56,000 nucleotides of DNA from Candidatus Omnitrophota bacterium (lineage in GTDB: Bacteria > Omnitrophota > Gorgyraeia > Gygaellales > Profunditerraquicolaceae). Shown piece after piece: positions 29,397 through 40,395 of this stretch. Positions within the stretch are counted from its first letter, which is position 1, and the number at the start of each line of letters is the position of its first letter. The translations under genes and the position numbers were made by a program. The stretch spans positions 1-56,000 of the forward strand of contig QZKA01000004.1 of the NCBI GenBank assembly GCA_003598135.1, in the 5' to 3' direction. The notes below the pieces were generated by a model that was given only the letters and a program-made list of their open reading frames with translations, had not been told where the DNA came from and did not search any database.

Positions 29397-32243
29397 ATGG
29401 ATAAAATCAACTACAAGGCTACGTTAAATCTACCCAAGACGGAATTTCCGATGAAGGCTGATTTGCCGAAGCGGGAGCCGTATGTGTTGCAATCGTGGCA
29501 GAGCATGGAGATAAGTAAGCTTATTTCCCACAAGCGCAAAGGTGCGCAAAAATACATATTGCACGACGGCCCTCCTTACGCAAACGGCGATATTCATATC
29601 GGTCATGCGCTGAACAAAATTCTAAAAGACATCATCGTAAAATACAAAAGCATGCGCGGGCTTGATGCGCCCTTTGTGCCCGGTTGGGATTGTCACGGCT
29701 TGCCGGTGGAGCATCAGCTTTTTAAGGAATTGGGGATTACCAAATATCAGATCAATCAGGTGGAGTTCAGAAAGAAGGCTTACGCCTACGCTTCAAAGTT
29801 TGTCGAGATTCAAAAAGAACAATTCGTAAGGCTCGGGATAATCGCTGACTGGGAGCATCCTTACCTTACCTTGCAGCCGGAATATGAAGAAGCAATTATC
29901 CGCTCCTTCGCCGTACTGGTAAAGAAAGGCTATGTCTACCGCGGCCTTAAACCGGTAAACTGGTGTTACCGGTGCGAAACAGCGCTGGCCGAAGCGGAAG
30001 TAGAATACGAGGACCATGCGTCGCCGTCTGTATTCGTGAAGTTTGAAATTGAACAGGAAGGCCAGTTCCTGCCACAGAGTTTCCTCGTGATTTGGACAAC
30101 CACTCCTTGGACGCTCGTCGCTAATGTCGCAGTTGCCGCACACCCCGACTTTACCTATTCCTACGTAAAGACCGACAAGGGAAACCTCTTGGTATATAAA
30201 GAGATGATCTCCCGCCTCATGGAACTCTTCGGGATAAAAACATACGAACTCATAAGGGAGTATAAGGGCAGAGAGCTCGAAAATATTTCTTACAAACACC
30301 CTCTTGCCGGCAGGAAAGGCAGGGTGGTGCTGGCTAATTACGTTTCAAAAGAAGAGGGCAGTGGCCTTGTGCATACCGCGCCCGGCCACGGCAGCGAGGA
30401 CTATTTTACGGGAGTCAAATATAAACTCGATATCATCATGCCGGTGGATTCCAAGGGAGTGTTTGACGCATCCGCAGGAGAATTTAATGGTTTGGATGTG
30501 TATAGCGCCAACACCAAGATTGTGGAAAAACTTAAGCTCCTCGGGCTTTTGCTATTTTCCGGTACGGTAAGGCATTCGTACCCTCATTGCTGGCGTTGCA
30601 AAAATCCCGTTATTTTCAGGGCGACAAAACAATGGTTTTTGAAGATCGATCACACTCAGGGAGCAGGGGAAAGTCCGACGCTACGTACGCAGCTGCTGGA
30701 AGCGATACATCAGGCAATTACCTGGATCCCGCCTTCGGGGAAGGAAAGGATTTCTTCGATGGTGGAATTGAGGCCTGACTGGTGTCTCTCGCGGCAAAGG
30801 TATTGGGGAGTACCGATACCGGCACTAGCGTGCAAGGATTGCAATGAAGAATTCCTCTTCCCCCAGGTCATCGAAGCGTTCGCTCGCCTTGCTTCAGAAG
30901 AAGGTTCTGATTGCTGGTTTAAGCGGCCATTGGCAGATTTTATGCCTTCTTTGTTGCAGTGCCCGCATTGCGGAAAAAGCGATTTTGCAAAGGGTGCGGA
31001 TATCCTTGATGTCTGGTTTGACTCCGGGGTAAGCCACCAGGCAGTGCTTAAAAAAAGAGGGGCACTGACCTTTCCTTGCGATTTGTACCTTGAAGGCTCC
31101 GACCAGCACAGGGGCTGGTTTCAGTCTTCGCTCATCCCCTCGATTTGTATTGATGGCATTGCGCCATTTAAAAACGTGCTCACCCACGGGTTTGTCGTCG
31201 ACGGAGAAGGCAGGAAGATGTCGAAGTCGCTGGGCAATGTAATCTCGCCTTTTGATATTATCAAGCAGTATGGGGCTGAGATAGTAAGGCTGTGGGTGGC
31301 CTCTAGCAATTACAGCGAGGATATACGTATCTCATCAGAAATTATCTCAAGGCTTGTAGAGGCGTATCGTAAGATCAGAAACAGCGCCCGTTTTATCCTG
31401 AGCAACCTCTATGATTATAACCCGGATAGCTCAGCGGTGCGCTATGCCGAACTGAGGAAAATAGACGTATGGATCCTGGATAAGCTTGAATCGATGTATA
31501 TACAGGTGACCGACGCCTACGAGCACTTTGAATTTTACAAGGCCTACAAAGGTATCTATGATTTTTGCAACGAGTCGCTCTCTATGTATTACCTTGATAT
31601 GGTCAAGGGCAGGCTCTATACCTATGCGTCGGATTCCCGCCCGAGAAGGGCGGTGCAGACTGCGCTCTATTGCGTGCTTAATACGCTTACTAGGGTTATG
31701 GCACCGATACTGGCGTTTACCGCCGAGGAAATATGGCAGCATATGCCCAAAGAAGATAAGGACGTGGCTTCGCAAAGCGTCTATCTTCTTGACTGGCCCG
31801 GCCAGGAAGAGCTTTTTCCAAAAGGCTTTACACAGGACAGTGCGAGGGCAAAGGAAGCAGATTTTGAGGTTATCCTTGGGTTAATACCTGAGGTGACAAA
31901 ACTTCTTGAAGAAAAGCGCGCTGCGGGCATGATAGGTAGTTCTTTTGACGCGAAAATAAATATATTGACAAACAGCCAAAATCGTTATAACTTTTTAGAA
32001 AGTTTACAGTATGAGCTTAATGAGGTATTTAAGGTCTCGCAGGTTGAAATTGTCCTCAAGGCAGACTTTGGAGAAGGGGTATTCAAGAGCGCGCGTTATT
32101 CCGATATCGCCATTGCGGCACTAAAAGCAGAAGGGGATAAATGCCCTCGCTGCTGGAATTATACAAATGAGTTGTTAACCAGCCAGGAATACGGCACGCT
32201 ATGTAAAAGGTGCGCACGAGCGATAAAGGGGGAAGATACGTGA
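29397..32243 (+). CDS. ileS: Isoleucine--tRNA ligase (type 1)
   Basis: HDGPPYANG, HIGH, WTTTPWT, GSDQHRGWF, KMSKS, C-terminal CPRC..CKRC. Confidence 0.98.
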   Translation: MDKINYKATLNLPKTEFPMKADLPKREPYVLQSWQSMEISKLISHKRKGAQKYILHDGPPYANGDIHIGHALNKILKDIIVKYKSMRGLDAPFVPGWDCHGLPVEHQLFKELGITKYQINQVEFRKKAYAYASKFVEIQKEQFVRLGIIADWEHPYLTLQPEYEEAIIRSFAVLVKKGYVYRGLKPVNWCYRCETALAEAEVEYEDHASPSVFVKFEIEQEGQFLPQSFLVIWTTTPWTLVANVAVAAHPDFTYSYVKTDKGNLLVYKEMISRLMELFGIKTYELIREYKGRELENISYKHPLAGRKGRVVLANYVSKEEGSGLVHTAPGHGSEDYFTGVKYKLDIIMPVDSKGVFDASAGEFNGLDVYSANTKIVEKLKLLGLLLFSGTVRHSYPHCWRCKNPVIFRATKQWFLKIDHTQGAGESPTLRTQLLEAIHQAITWIPPSGKERISSMVELRPDWCLSRQRYWGVPIPALACKDCNEEFLFPQVIEAFARLASEEGSDCWFKRPLADFMPSLLQCPHCGKSDFAKGADILDVWFDSGVSHQAVLKKRGALTFPCDLYLEGSDQHRGWFQSSLIPSICIDGIAPFKNVLTHGFVVDGEGRKMSKSLGNVISPFDIIKQYGAEIVRLWVASSNYSEDIRISSEIISRLVEAYRKIRNSARFILSNLYDYNPDSSAVRYAELRKIDVWILDKLESMYIQVTDAYEHFEFYKAYKGIYDFCNESLSMYYLDMVKGRLYTYASDSRPRRAVQTALYCVLNTLTRVMAPILAFTAEEIWQHMPKEDKDVASQSVYLLDWPGQEELFPKGFTQDSARAKEADFEVILGLIPEVTKLLEEKRAAGMIGSSFDAKINILTNSQNRYNFLESLQYELNEVFKVSQVEIVLKADFGEGVFKSARYSDIAIAALKAEGDKCPRCWNYTNELLTSQEYGTLCKRCARAIKGEDT

Positions 32244-32623
32244 AAAAGAAACTTGCCAAAAAGGAATTAGGGGAATTCAGGAAGTTGATCATAAAAAGGA
32301 AAAACGAAATCCTTGAGAATTTAGACCGTATATCGGAGGATACGTTAAAGAAATCGCAGAAGGATGCCTCCGGTGATATTTCGGGTTACACATACCATAT
32401 GGCAGACGTTGCTACCGATAATTACGACAGGGAATTTTCGCTTGGCTTGGCTTCCAACGAGAGGCAGCTTCTCTATGAGTTAGACGATGCCTTGAAAAAA
32501 ATAGAAGAATCTACTTTCGGCGTATGTGAAGATTGTAAAAACCTGATCACCAAAACCAGGCTCAAGGCCCTTCCTTATGCGCGGCTTTGCCTTAAGTGCC
32601 AGGAAAAAAGAGAAGGGCGATAA
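32240..32623 (+). CDS. TraR/DksA C4 zinc-finger protein
   Basis: HMADVATD coiled-coil tip, CxxC-x17-CxxC; GTG start 32240. Confidence 0.9.
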   Translation: MKKKLAKKELGEFRKLIIKRKNEILENLDRISEDTLKKSQKDASGDISGYTYHMADVATDNYDREFSLGLASNERQLLYELDDALKKIEESTFGVCEDCKNLITKTRLKALPYARLCLKCQEKREGR

Positions 32624-32638
32624 CTTCACCTCTTCTTC

Positions 32639-33094
32639 ATGAACCTCCTTCTTTCTACAATCCTCATAATTATTCTAGACCAGGCAACTAAATTCCTCGC
32701 GATAAAGAGCCTCTCATTGCACCAATCCGTTGTGCTTATCCCGGGAATATTTCATATTACGTTGGTCTTAAACCGGGGCGCTGCATTCGGGATCCTTAAA
32801 AACCAGACTCTTCTTTTTATTTCCAGCGCCGTTCTGGCAGTAACGCTCATCATGCTCGATTTTTTTCGTAAAAGGGCATCTAACTACCTATACGATATAT
32901 CCTTATCCCTGATTGCCGCCGGCGCAATCGGTAACCTGATCGACCGTCTTTTTCGCGGGCACGTAGTCGATTTCCTCGATTTTCGCGTCTGGCCCGTGTT
33001 TAATATCGCGGATACCTCGGTTACTATTGGCGCGATACTGCTGGGTTATGTAGTGCTTCTGCAGCAGAAGGATACCCCTGCGCGCACACAATAA
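32639..33094 (+). CDS. lspA: Lipoprotein signal peptidase
   Basis: DQATK, NRGAAFG, GAIGNLIDR, VVDF, FNIAD. Confidence 0.96.
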   Translation: MNLLLSTILIIILDQATKFLAIKSLSLHQSVVLIPGIFHITLVLNRGAAFGILKNQTLLFISSAVLAVTLIMLDFFRKRASNYLYDISLSLIAAGAIGNLIDRLFRGHVVDFLDFRVWPVFNIADTSVTIGAILLGYVVLLQQKDTPARTQ

Positions 33095-33120
33095 TCAGGC
33101 TTCTGAAAAAAACCACGGCT

Positions 33121-34050
33121 ATGAAAGAATACACGGTTACCGTAGACCAGGCACATTCCGGCAAAAGGCTGGACTTGTTTTTGTACGGCTCGTTTGGCCC
33201 TACAGACGGTTTTTCGCGTACCTTCTTACAGGGGCTTATCAGGGGTAGCAAGGTTAAGGTAAACGCCTCACTCGTCACAACGCCCCACCATAAAGTATTT
33301 TCCGGGGATACTATCAGTGTTTCCATACCAGATAAAGAAACACACATACTCAAAGCAGAGCCCATATCGCTTCAGGTATATTACGAAGACGAAGATGTCG
33401 CTGTCATTGAGAAACCTTCCGGTTTAGTAGTCCATCCTGCGCCGGGGAATTACGGACATACCTTAGTCAACGCCCTTATACACCGGTTTGCGCATCTGTC
33501 GGATGTAAATCCCGGTCGGCCCGGCATAGTCCACAGGCTTGATAAGGAGACTTCGGGGGTGATGGTGGTTACCAAAACGAACTTCGCACACCTTGCGCTT
33601 GCCAAGCAATTTGCCGCGCACAGTATCAAACGTATCTATGTGGCGCTGGTGAAAGGTAGGATGAAATTTGACGAAAATATCATTGAGCTGCCTATAGGCA
33701 GGCATCCTTATAAGAGGAAGCAGATGTCGGTGCTATCGGTAAAAAATCCCAGGTACGCCAAGACGTTTTATCGCACGCTCAAAAGGACTGATGAGAAAAG
33801 CCTTCTTGAGCTTCATCCGCATACTGGCAGGACGCATCAGCTCAGGGTTCACCTTGCTTTTATAGGCCATCCCATCATGGGGGATACTAAATACGGAAAG
33901 AATAATGCCTGCGAAAGGCTGGCGTTACACGCCACAACGCTTGGTTTTTTCCATCCCCGTAGGAAGAAGTTCGTAGAATTTCATTCGCAGCTTCCTGAGC
34001 TCTTTGTGGCGTTCTCTGGGTGTGCAAACCGGGCTCCCGCACCAAAATAA
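33121..34050 (+). CDS. rluD: RluA/RluD-family pseudouridine synthase
   Basis: N-terminal S4, KPSGLVVHP, HRLDKETSG, GRTHQLRVH. Confidence 0.9.
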   Translation: MKEYTVTVDQAHSGKRLDLFLYGSFGPTDGFSRTFLQGLIRGSKVKVNASLVTTPHHKVFSGDTISVSIPDKETHILKAEPISLQVYYEDEDVAVIEKPSGLVVHPAPGNYGHTLVNALIHRFAHLSDVNPGRPGIVHRLDKETSGVMVVTKTNFAHLALAKQFAAHSIKRIYVALVKGRMKFDENIIELPIGRHPYKRKQMSVLSVKNPRYAKTFYRTLKRTDEKSLLELHPHTGRTHQLRVHLAFIGHPIMGDTKYGKNNACERLALHATTLGFFHPRRKKFVEFHSQLPELFVAFSGCANRAPAPK

Positions 34051-34053
34051 AAC

Positions 34054-34081
34054 TTGATTTTTATACCGATAATGATATAGT
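34054..34081 (+). promoter_or_regulatory. Putative promoter
   Basis: TTGATT - 16 bp - TATAGT with extended -10 TG. Confidence 0.5.
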
Positions 34082-34117
34082 AAAAAAAGCCAGAAACGAA
34101 GGCAAAAAGGAGGGGGC

Positions 34118-34936
34118 ATGTCCAACAAGGGTAAAACTTCCGTTTTTATTTTGTTTCTTTTGATCATTATTTCTTTTTCTTTGGCAGGCGGGGCATTTTA
34201 TCTTATGCAGCAGGAAAAAACAAAAGCTGCTACGCTGGAAAAAGACATGGAGGCCCTTTCCTCAAAACAGAGGGTAGTCCAGGCAGAACTTGAGAGTGCA
34301 AAAAAGACCATCGTAGATTTTGAGTCAAAATTAAAAGCGTATGAACTGCAGATTGAAAATTTAACCGAAGACCTCGATATGGAAAAGACCGCGAAAGAAG
34401 AATCGCTCAAGAAAGTTTCGCAGCTTAAGATAGCGCTTGAGCTCCAGGAGAAACAGCGTTCCGCCCTCGAGGAGAAGGTTACTCAGGCCCAGGACGAGGT
34501 AAAGAAGTTCAAAGAGGAGTTGAAGGACCTTCAATTAAAGAAGGGCGAGCTTGAAGAGAAGCTTAGGGGCGTGCAGGCAAATGCCCCTTCAGCCGGCGAT
34601 GTGGAATTAGGCAAAATTGTAATCGGTCCGGAAGGTGAGGAGCTTGTAGGGTTTGACCAGGAGGTTCTCGCGCAACCGCGCGGCAATGTCCTTGAAGGAA
34701 AAGTGCTTACCCTCAACAAAGAATACGATTTTGTTGTCATTAACTTAGGAAGCAAGGACGGCGTAAAGATAAATAATGTATTTTCCGTCTATCGCGAGAA
34801 CGCCTATTTGGGTGACGTAAAAATAGACAAACTTCACGATTCCATGTCCGCCGCAACGTTTGTGGTAGATGCAAAGCATAAGGATTTGAAAAATCGTATC
34901 AGCGAGGGCGATAAGGTCGTATTAAAAACCAGATGA
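34118..34936 (+). CDS. Membrane-anchored coiled-coil protein with C-terminal beta domain
   Basis: N-terminal TM, about 120-aa heptad coiled coil, FVVINLGSKDG; strong RBS. Confidence 0.8.
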   Translation: MSNKGKTSVFILFLLIIISFSLAGGAFYLMQQEKTKAATLEKDMEALSSKQRVVQAELESAKKTIVDFESKLKAYELQIENLTEDLDMEKTAKEESLKKVSQLKIALELQEKQRSALEEKVTQAQDEVKKFKEELKDLQLKKGELEEKLRGVQANAPSAGDVELGKIVIGPEGEELVGFDQEVLAQPRGNVLEGKVLTLNKEYDFVVINLGSKDGVKINNVFSVYRENAYLGDVKIDKLHDSMSAATFVVDAKHKDLKNRISEGDKVVLKTR

Positions 34937-36273
34937 GTTCTTTTTCGGTCAGGACCTTACCCTATTTTCGTGTACACATACGCCTGCCCGGAGATAAATC
35001 CATAGCCCACCGAGCTGCGCTGCTGAGCGCCTTAAGCAGCCGCACAACCATACTGAACAATTATCCTCTCAATAACGATTGTCTTTTTACCTTGCGGGTA
35101 CTCAAGCAGCTGGGAATCAAGATTGTTATAAAGCGCCTTGAAGGATTTCGCGGCGATGTCCGTATTGCCGGGAGAGGATTATGCGGCTTTAGGCATCCCC
35201 GTTCATCGCTCTATGTTGGTGAATCTGGGACTACCTTGCGGCTCATCCTGGGAATCCTGGCAGGTCAGGAGTTTAAATCAAGGCTTATTGCGGGGGAGTC
35301 GCTTTCCGCAAGGCCTATGTTACGCGTCACTGGCCCGCTGCGCATGATGGGAGCGCAGATTGATTCCGTGCGCATGAAAAGGGGCTCAAAAATAGAAGAA
35401 TACCCGCCCATAGTGATCAAGGGATGCAGATTGATGCCTATTACCTATACCCTGCCTGTTGCCTCGGCGCAGGTGAAGTCGGCAATACTTCTGGCAGGGC
35501 TTTTTGCAGAGGGCAAGACCTCTGTAATTGAACCCGTAAAAACCAGAGACCACACTGAGCGGATGCTTAAATTATTTCATGCGGACATAAAGAGCGCCGG
35601 TAATAAGGTAACTATTAACAGTGAGCGTGCGCTCGTTTCCCCGGGCAAGGTGTATATCCCCGGAGATATTTCTTCGGCAAGCTTCTTTATGGTGCTGGCA
35701 GCGCTGGTGCCTTCTGCAGAAATCACTATTGAAAATACGAGCATAAACCCTTCGCGGCTGGGCGTCCTGAAGGTTTTAAAACGGATGGGCGCAGATATCC
35801 GTATCGTAACTCGCACAAAACAAAGCTTTGAACCCATAGGGACAATAGTCGTAAGAAACAGGTGCTTAAAAGGGGTGAGGGTCAGGAAGGAAGAGATTCC
35901 TTCGTTGATAGATGAGCTGCCCGTATTAATGGTGGCTGCGGCATTTGCGCAAGGCCAGAGCGTATTTGAAGGAATTGAGGAACTTACGGTTAAAGAAACT
36001 GACCGCGTTATTTCTATACAAGAAAATTTAGAGAAGATGGGCGCGCGCGTTGAGGTATTCCGCAAAGGAGGGTTTTCAGCCATCCGTATTTCAGGAGGCA
36101 AGGAATTGCACGGAGCCTCTGTGCGCAGCTTCGGCGACCACAGGACTGCGATGAGTATGATTGTCGCAGGCTTGGCAGCAGGAGGCAGTACCGTGCTGGA
36201 TGATGCCGATTGTATCAATAAATCATTTCCCGGGTTTACGCGTATGATTCGCCGGTTTTTGCTAAAAAGTTGA
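34933..36273 (+). CDS. aroA: EPSP synthase (class II)
   Basis: PGDKSIAHR, ESGTT, SAQVKSA, RDHTE, KETDR, DHRTAM. Confidence 0.96.
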   Translation: MSSFSVRTLPYFRVHIRLPGDKSIAHRAALLSALSSRTTILNNYPLNNDCLFTLRVLKQLGIKIVIKRLEGFRGDVRIAGRGLCGFRHPRSSLYVGESGTTLRLILGILAGQEFKSRLIAGESLSARPMLRVTGPLRMMGAQIDSVRMKRGSKIEEYPPIVIKGCRLMPITYTLPVASAQVKSAILLAGLFAEGKTSVIEPVKTRDHTERMLKLFHADIKSAGNKVTINSERALVSPGKVYIPGDISSASFFMVLAALVPSAEITIENTSINPSRLGVLKVLKRMGADIRIVTRTKQSFEPIGTIVVRNRCLKGVRVRKEEIPSLIDELPVLMVAAAFAQGQSVFEGIEELTVKETDRVISIQENLEKMGARVEVFRKGGFSAIRISGGKELHGASVRSFGDHRTAMSMIVAGLAAGGSTVLDDADCINKSFPGFTRMIRRFLLKS

Positions 36274-36284
36274 TAACTTTTTAT

Positions 36285-36313
36285 TTGACATGTAGTTTAA
36301 ACTCTGATACAAT
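36285..36313 (+). promoter_or_regulatory. Sigma70 promoter of the mre operon
   Basis: TTGACA - 17 bp - TACAAT with extended -10 TG. Confidence 0.85.
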
Positions 36314-36337
36314 CTTCCTAGTTCAAAAGGAGAAGGT

Positions 36338-37417
36338 ATGATTAGGCCAAGGCTAAAAGAAATATTCAAAAAATCATTCAATTATATTATTGGTCTTTTT
36401 TCAAATGACATGGGGATTGACTTGGGTACCGCGACAACCCTGGTATATGTCAAGGGTGAAGGAGTGGTTTTGTGCGAGCCTTCGGTGGTGGCAATCAAAA
36501 GAGGGACCTCTATTGTAAGGGCAGTGGGGGATGAGGCGAAGCGTATGCTCGGCCGCACCCCTGGGAATATTGTGGCAATAAGGCCCATGAAAGACGGCGT
36601 GATCGCCGATTTTGAAATAACCGAAGCGATGCTGCGTCATTTTATCAAAAAGGTCCATCACCGCAAAGTATTAGTAAGGCCGCGCATAGTGATTGCGATA
36701 CCTTCGGGGATTACCGAAGTAGAAAAACGGGCAGTGAAGGATTCTGCCGAGCGCGCAGGCGCGCGGGAGGTAAAACTGATCGAAGAGCCGATGGCTGCAT
36801 CAATCGGGGTAGGGTTGCCCATAAACGAGCCCATGGGCAATATGATCATAGATATCGGAGGAGGCACTACAGAGCTTGCGGTCATCTCGCTTTCCGGGGT
36901 GGTTTTTTCAAAATCAATACGCATCGGCGGCGATGAGCTCGATGAGGCTATTATCGAATATTTGAAGAAAACTTACAACGTGATGATCGGAGAACGGACT
37001 GCAGAGGAGATCAAGATTAGGATTGGTTCTGCCTATCCCTTGGAAGAAGAGATGAATATGGAAGTCAAGGGCAGGGATTTGATTACGGGGTTGCCTAAAG
37101 CCGTTATCCTGACTTCTGAAGAAGTAAGGGAGGCGCTACAGGAACCATTGCGGGCGATTCTGGAGATCACCAAGATATCCCTTGAGCGGACCCCGCCTGA
37201 ACTTGCCGCGGACCTCATTGAGCACGGGATAGTCATGGCAGGAGGCGGTGCGCTCTTAAGGGGCATCGACAAGCTCATTTCCGAAGAAACCGGCCTTCCC
37301 GTGCATATCGCGGATGACCCGATCACTGCCGTGGTGCGCGGTACCGGAGAAGTCTTAGACCAAGTCCGTTATCTCGATGACGTCACCGTCTCAATTAAAT
37401 CAGAAATCCAGACCTGA
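36338..37417 (+). CDS. mreB: Rod shape-determining actin MreB
   Basis: [36 protein letters not shown]; N-terminal amphipathic extension. Confidence 0.97.
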   Translation: MIRPRLKEIFKKSFNYIIGLFSNDMGIDLGTATTLVYVKGEGVVLCEPSVVAIKRGTSIVRAVGDEAKRMLGRTPGNIVAIRPMKDGVIADFEITEAMLRHFIKKVHHRKVLVRPRIVIAIPSGITEVEKRAVKDSAERAGAREVKLIEEPMAASIGVGLPINEPMGNMIIDIGGGTTELAVISLSGVVFSKSIRIGGDELDEAIIEYLKKTYNVMIGERTAEEIKIRIGSAYPLEEEMNMEVKGRDLITGLPKAVILTSEEVREALQEPLRAILEITKISLERTPPELAADLIEHGIVMAGGGALLRGIDKLISEETGLPVHIADDPITAVVRGTGEVLDQVRYLDDVTVSIKSEIQT

Positions 37418-37434
37418 CGACTCGAAAATAAAAT

Positions 37435-38208
37435 GTGTTTAGGCTTAATAAGAAAAAATTAAGTACTATTGGCATTAGTCTTTCCTGCGTTTTACTCCTT
37501 GCCGTTATCGTTCCTCTCATACGACCGCCCCTACTGAATGTACTGAAGTTACCGCTTAGTTTTCTCCAATTCGTAAGCGATGAAGTCGGTGGCCTTATTT
37601 TTTATCACCGTAACATGGTCCAAAACGAAATACTCAAAAAGGAAATAGGCATCCTCGGGCAGAAACTCATCGAATACGACGATGTAGTGCTTGAAAACGC
37701 GCGCCTAAGCGCCCTTTTTGATTTTAAACAGAAGACTTCTTATAAGGTGATTGCCGCACGGGTTGTAGGCTCTTCTGCCGATGATTGGTCTTCGGTGGCG
37801 ATCATCAATAAAGGTGTGTATCACGGGATAAAAAACGGATACGTTGCGGTTAGCTACAAGGGCCTTATCGGCAGGGTGATCGAAGCTGGTTCCAGGACAA
37901 GCAAGGTAATGCTGATTAACGATCCCAATTTGAGTGTGTCGGCAGCGGTGCAGCGCAGCCGACAGGAAGGGCTGGTATCCGGCAGCCTCAGCGGTTCACT
38001 GGCGATGCGCTATCTTCCCCTTGAAAGCGATATTGCGGTTTCCGATACGATTATCACTTCGGGGCTTAGTCAGATCTACCCCAAAGGTATCCCTATCGGC
38101 AAGGTTGTTTCCGTTGGTTATGAGTTTTCAGGTTTAAGCCGTTACGCATTGCTTAAGCCTTTTGTTGAGCTCTCTCGTCTGGAAGAAGTACTCATTATTA
38201 TCCCATGA
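37435..38208 (+). CDS. mreC: MreC
   Basis: TM + coiled coil (ENARL), GLIGRV, TSGL..YPKGIPIG. Confidence 0.93.
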   Translation: MFRLNKKKLSTIGISLSCVLLLAVIVPLIRPPLLNVLKLPLSFLQFVSDEVGGLIFYHRNMVQNEILKKEIGILGQKLIEYDDVVLENARLSALFDFKQKTSYKVIAARVVGSSADDWSSVAIINKGVYHGIKNGYVAVSYKGLIGRVIEAGSRTSKVMLINDPNLSVSAAVQRSRQEGLVSGSLSGSLAMRYLPLESDIAVSDTIITSGLSQIYPKGIPIGKVVSVGYEFSGLSRYALLKPFVELSRLEEVLIIIP

Positions 38209-38702
38209 AGACAACGGCCTATGCGGCGCTCATGCTTGCCTTTTGTCTGTTGCAGGCAACGTGGCTGAACGCCCTCAAGATCTTTTCCGTTAAGCCGGAT
38301 ATCCTGCTGATTACCATGATTATCGCCGCGCTTAATTTTAAACCCGGTAAGGCTCTGGGTTTCAGCGTGTATGCCGGGGTCCTGAAAGATATCCTCTCGC
38401 CGTTTCCTGTGGGCTTACACACACTGTTGTTTCCCCTATGGAGTTTCTTTATTATCGCGCTTTCTAAAAAGATTGTCGTTGACAGTACTCTTCTTTACTC
38501 CGTACTTGCCGCTATTATTGTGATATTGCAATCCATCGGCGCAAGGATGACCCTGGCGTTCCTTGGAGAGGACATGCCTTCTGGTATTTTTTTACGCATT
38601 ATGATTCTAGGGGCACTTTATACTGCGCTTGCAATGCCGATAGTATGGAAGCTGCTTAAACCGTTAATCGAGTACAGGGATGCCGAGGATACGATTCTTT
38701 AA
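38205..38702 (+). CDS. mreD: MreD
   Basis: Multi-TM protein, KPD motif, synteny. Confidence 0.85.
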   Translation: MKTTAYAALMLAFCLLQATWLNALKIFSVKPDILLITMIIAALNFKPGKALGFSVYAGVLKDILSPFPVGLHTLLFPLWSFFIIALSKKIVVDSTLLYSVLAAIIVILQSIGARMTLAFLGEDMPSGIFLRIMILGALYTALAMPIVWKLLKPLIEYRDAEDTIL

Positions 38703-40395
38703 TTTTGTGGTACTGTTTGTGTTTGGGGTCCTGTTTCTTGGCCTGGCAAACTTGAGTATTATCCATGGATACAAATACAAGGAGCTGAGCAGAAAAAACT
38801 GCATTCGGCTCATACCGCAACCCGGCAGGCGGGGCAGAATCCTTGATCGCCATGGCGACGTTATCGTGGATAATATGATTTCCTATAACCTTATGGTGTT
38901 GCCTTCGGAATTCAACAATCCCGACCAGGTGCTCTCCAGGCTTTCGAGGGTAACAGGTAAAGATAATGCCGCGCTAAAACGGGCCTACAGGCAGAATTTT
39001 GTATCATTGAGTATTCCGGTAGTGGTTTCTGAGAATATAGAGGTTAAGAAAGCGATTGTACTTGAGGAAATGAAGCCGGAGCTTAGCGGATTTACCATAG
39101 AACCCCAACCACTGCGCCATTACCCTGAAGGCGAACTCGGAGCGCATGTGCTTGGCTATTTGGGGGAGATTGATCGCTGGCGCCTTACTAAGCTTGCGGA
39201 TTACGGGTATAACACAAAAGACATAGTGGGCTTTGGCGGGGCGGAGGAGCAGTATGATTATTACCTGCGCCAGGAAGATGGAGGTTTATCGGTTGAAGTC
39301 GACCGCAAAGGAAGATTCGTCAGAATGATCGGGTTTAGGCCTGCGCAGGGAGGCAGGGATATTCAACTTACGCTCGACCTTAAGATACAAAGGATAGCAG
39401 AAAGTAAGCTCGCAGACAGGCGCGGCGCGGTAATCGTCATGGACCCATTCAACGGCGAGGTGATGGCCATGGTGAGCAAGCCTTCATTTAACCCGGCCGT
39501 CTTCGTGGAAAAAGATATCGCGGCAGTGCAGGCGCTTTTCAATGACCCCAAAGCCCCTCTATTTAACCGGGCGGTCAGCGGTGCTTACCCTGCCGGTTCC
39601 CTTTTCAAATTAATCATTGCCTCGGGAGCCTTGGAGAATAAAAAGATCAACCTCTCGACAACCTTCACCTGTGACGGCGGGTTAACTATCGGCAGGAGAA
39701 GATTTGCCTGTTGGAATACGCACGGCACACAAAACTTGATCGGTGCAATTGCCCGTTCCTGTAACGTCTTTTTTTTCAGGACCGGAGTCCTGCTCGGACC
39801 GCAGCTGATACATGATTATGCCGTCAAGCTCGGGCTTTCCAAGCCCACGGGCATTGACCTTTCCAGTGAGGCAAGCGGCTTTATACCTGATCCCCGCTGG
39901 GATAAAGTGTATAAACGAAAAACCTGGTACGACGGGGACACCGCAAACTTTAGCATCGGGCAGGGAGAGGTTTTGGTGAGTCCCGCGCAGATGGCCTGTA
40001 TGATTGCGGTCTTTGCCAATAAAGGAACGCTCGTCTGGCCCCACCTGATTAAGGATGTGCAGGGAAGGGACATCTCTGCTACTTTCAAGAAACCTTCTTT
40101 GGTGCCTATCCAAAAGAGCACCATAGAAACAGTGCGTAAGGGCTTGCGGAATGTGGTTGCAGACCCCGAAGGCACTTCTTATTTACTCGCCAGCCTTCCC
40201 GTGGAAGTTGCGGGCAAGACCGGCACTGCCCAGGTTACCGGAAAGCTGCCGCACGGCTGGTTTATCGGATTTTTTCCTTTTGAAAAACCAAGGTATGCGC
40301 TCTGCGTTTTTTTGGAACACGGCGGCTCAGGGTATGCTGCCAGCGTGGTCGCGAAAGAAATCATTGCTGATATGTGCTCCGGAGGGGTCCTGTGA
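38680..40395 (+). CDS. mrdA: Penicillin-binding protein 2
   Basis: RGRILDR, GSLFK (SxxK), SCN, GKTGTAQ. Confidence 0.94.
   Translation: MPRIRFFNFVVLFVFGVLFLGLANLSIIHGYKYKELSRKNCIRLIPQPGRRGRILDRHGDVIVDNMISYNLMVLPSEFNNPDQVLSRLSRVTGKDNAALKRAYRQNFVSLSIPVVVSENIEVKKAIVLEEMKPELSGFTIEPQPLRHYPEGELGAHVLGYLGEIDRWRLTKLADYGYNTKDIVGFGGAEEQYDYYLRQEDGGLSVEVDRKGRFVRMIGFRPAQGGRDIQLTLDLKIQRIAESKLADRRGAVIVMDPFNGEVMAMVSKPSFNPAVFVEKDIAAVQALFNDPKAPLFNRAVSGAYPAGSLFKLIIASGALENKKINLSTTFTCDGGLTIGRRRFACWNTHGTQNLIGAIARSCNVFFFRTGVLLGPQLIHDYAVKLGLSKPTGIDLSSEASGFIPDPRWDKVYKRKTWYDGDTANFSIGQGEVLVSPAQMACMIAVFANKGTLVWPHLIKDVQGRDISATFKKPSLVPIQKSTIETVRKGLRNVVADPEGTSYLLASLPVEVAGKTGTAQVTGKLPHGWFIGFFPFEKPRYALCVFLEHGGSGYAASVVAKEIIADMCSGGVL

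Noticed and set aside
35577-36218. Long antisense ORFs (213 aa opposite aroA; others opposite ftsA, ileS and the GGDEF gene)
   Set aside because: Shadow frames of well-supported + strand genes, with no recognisable motifs or RBS.
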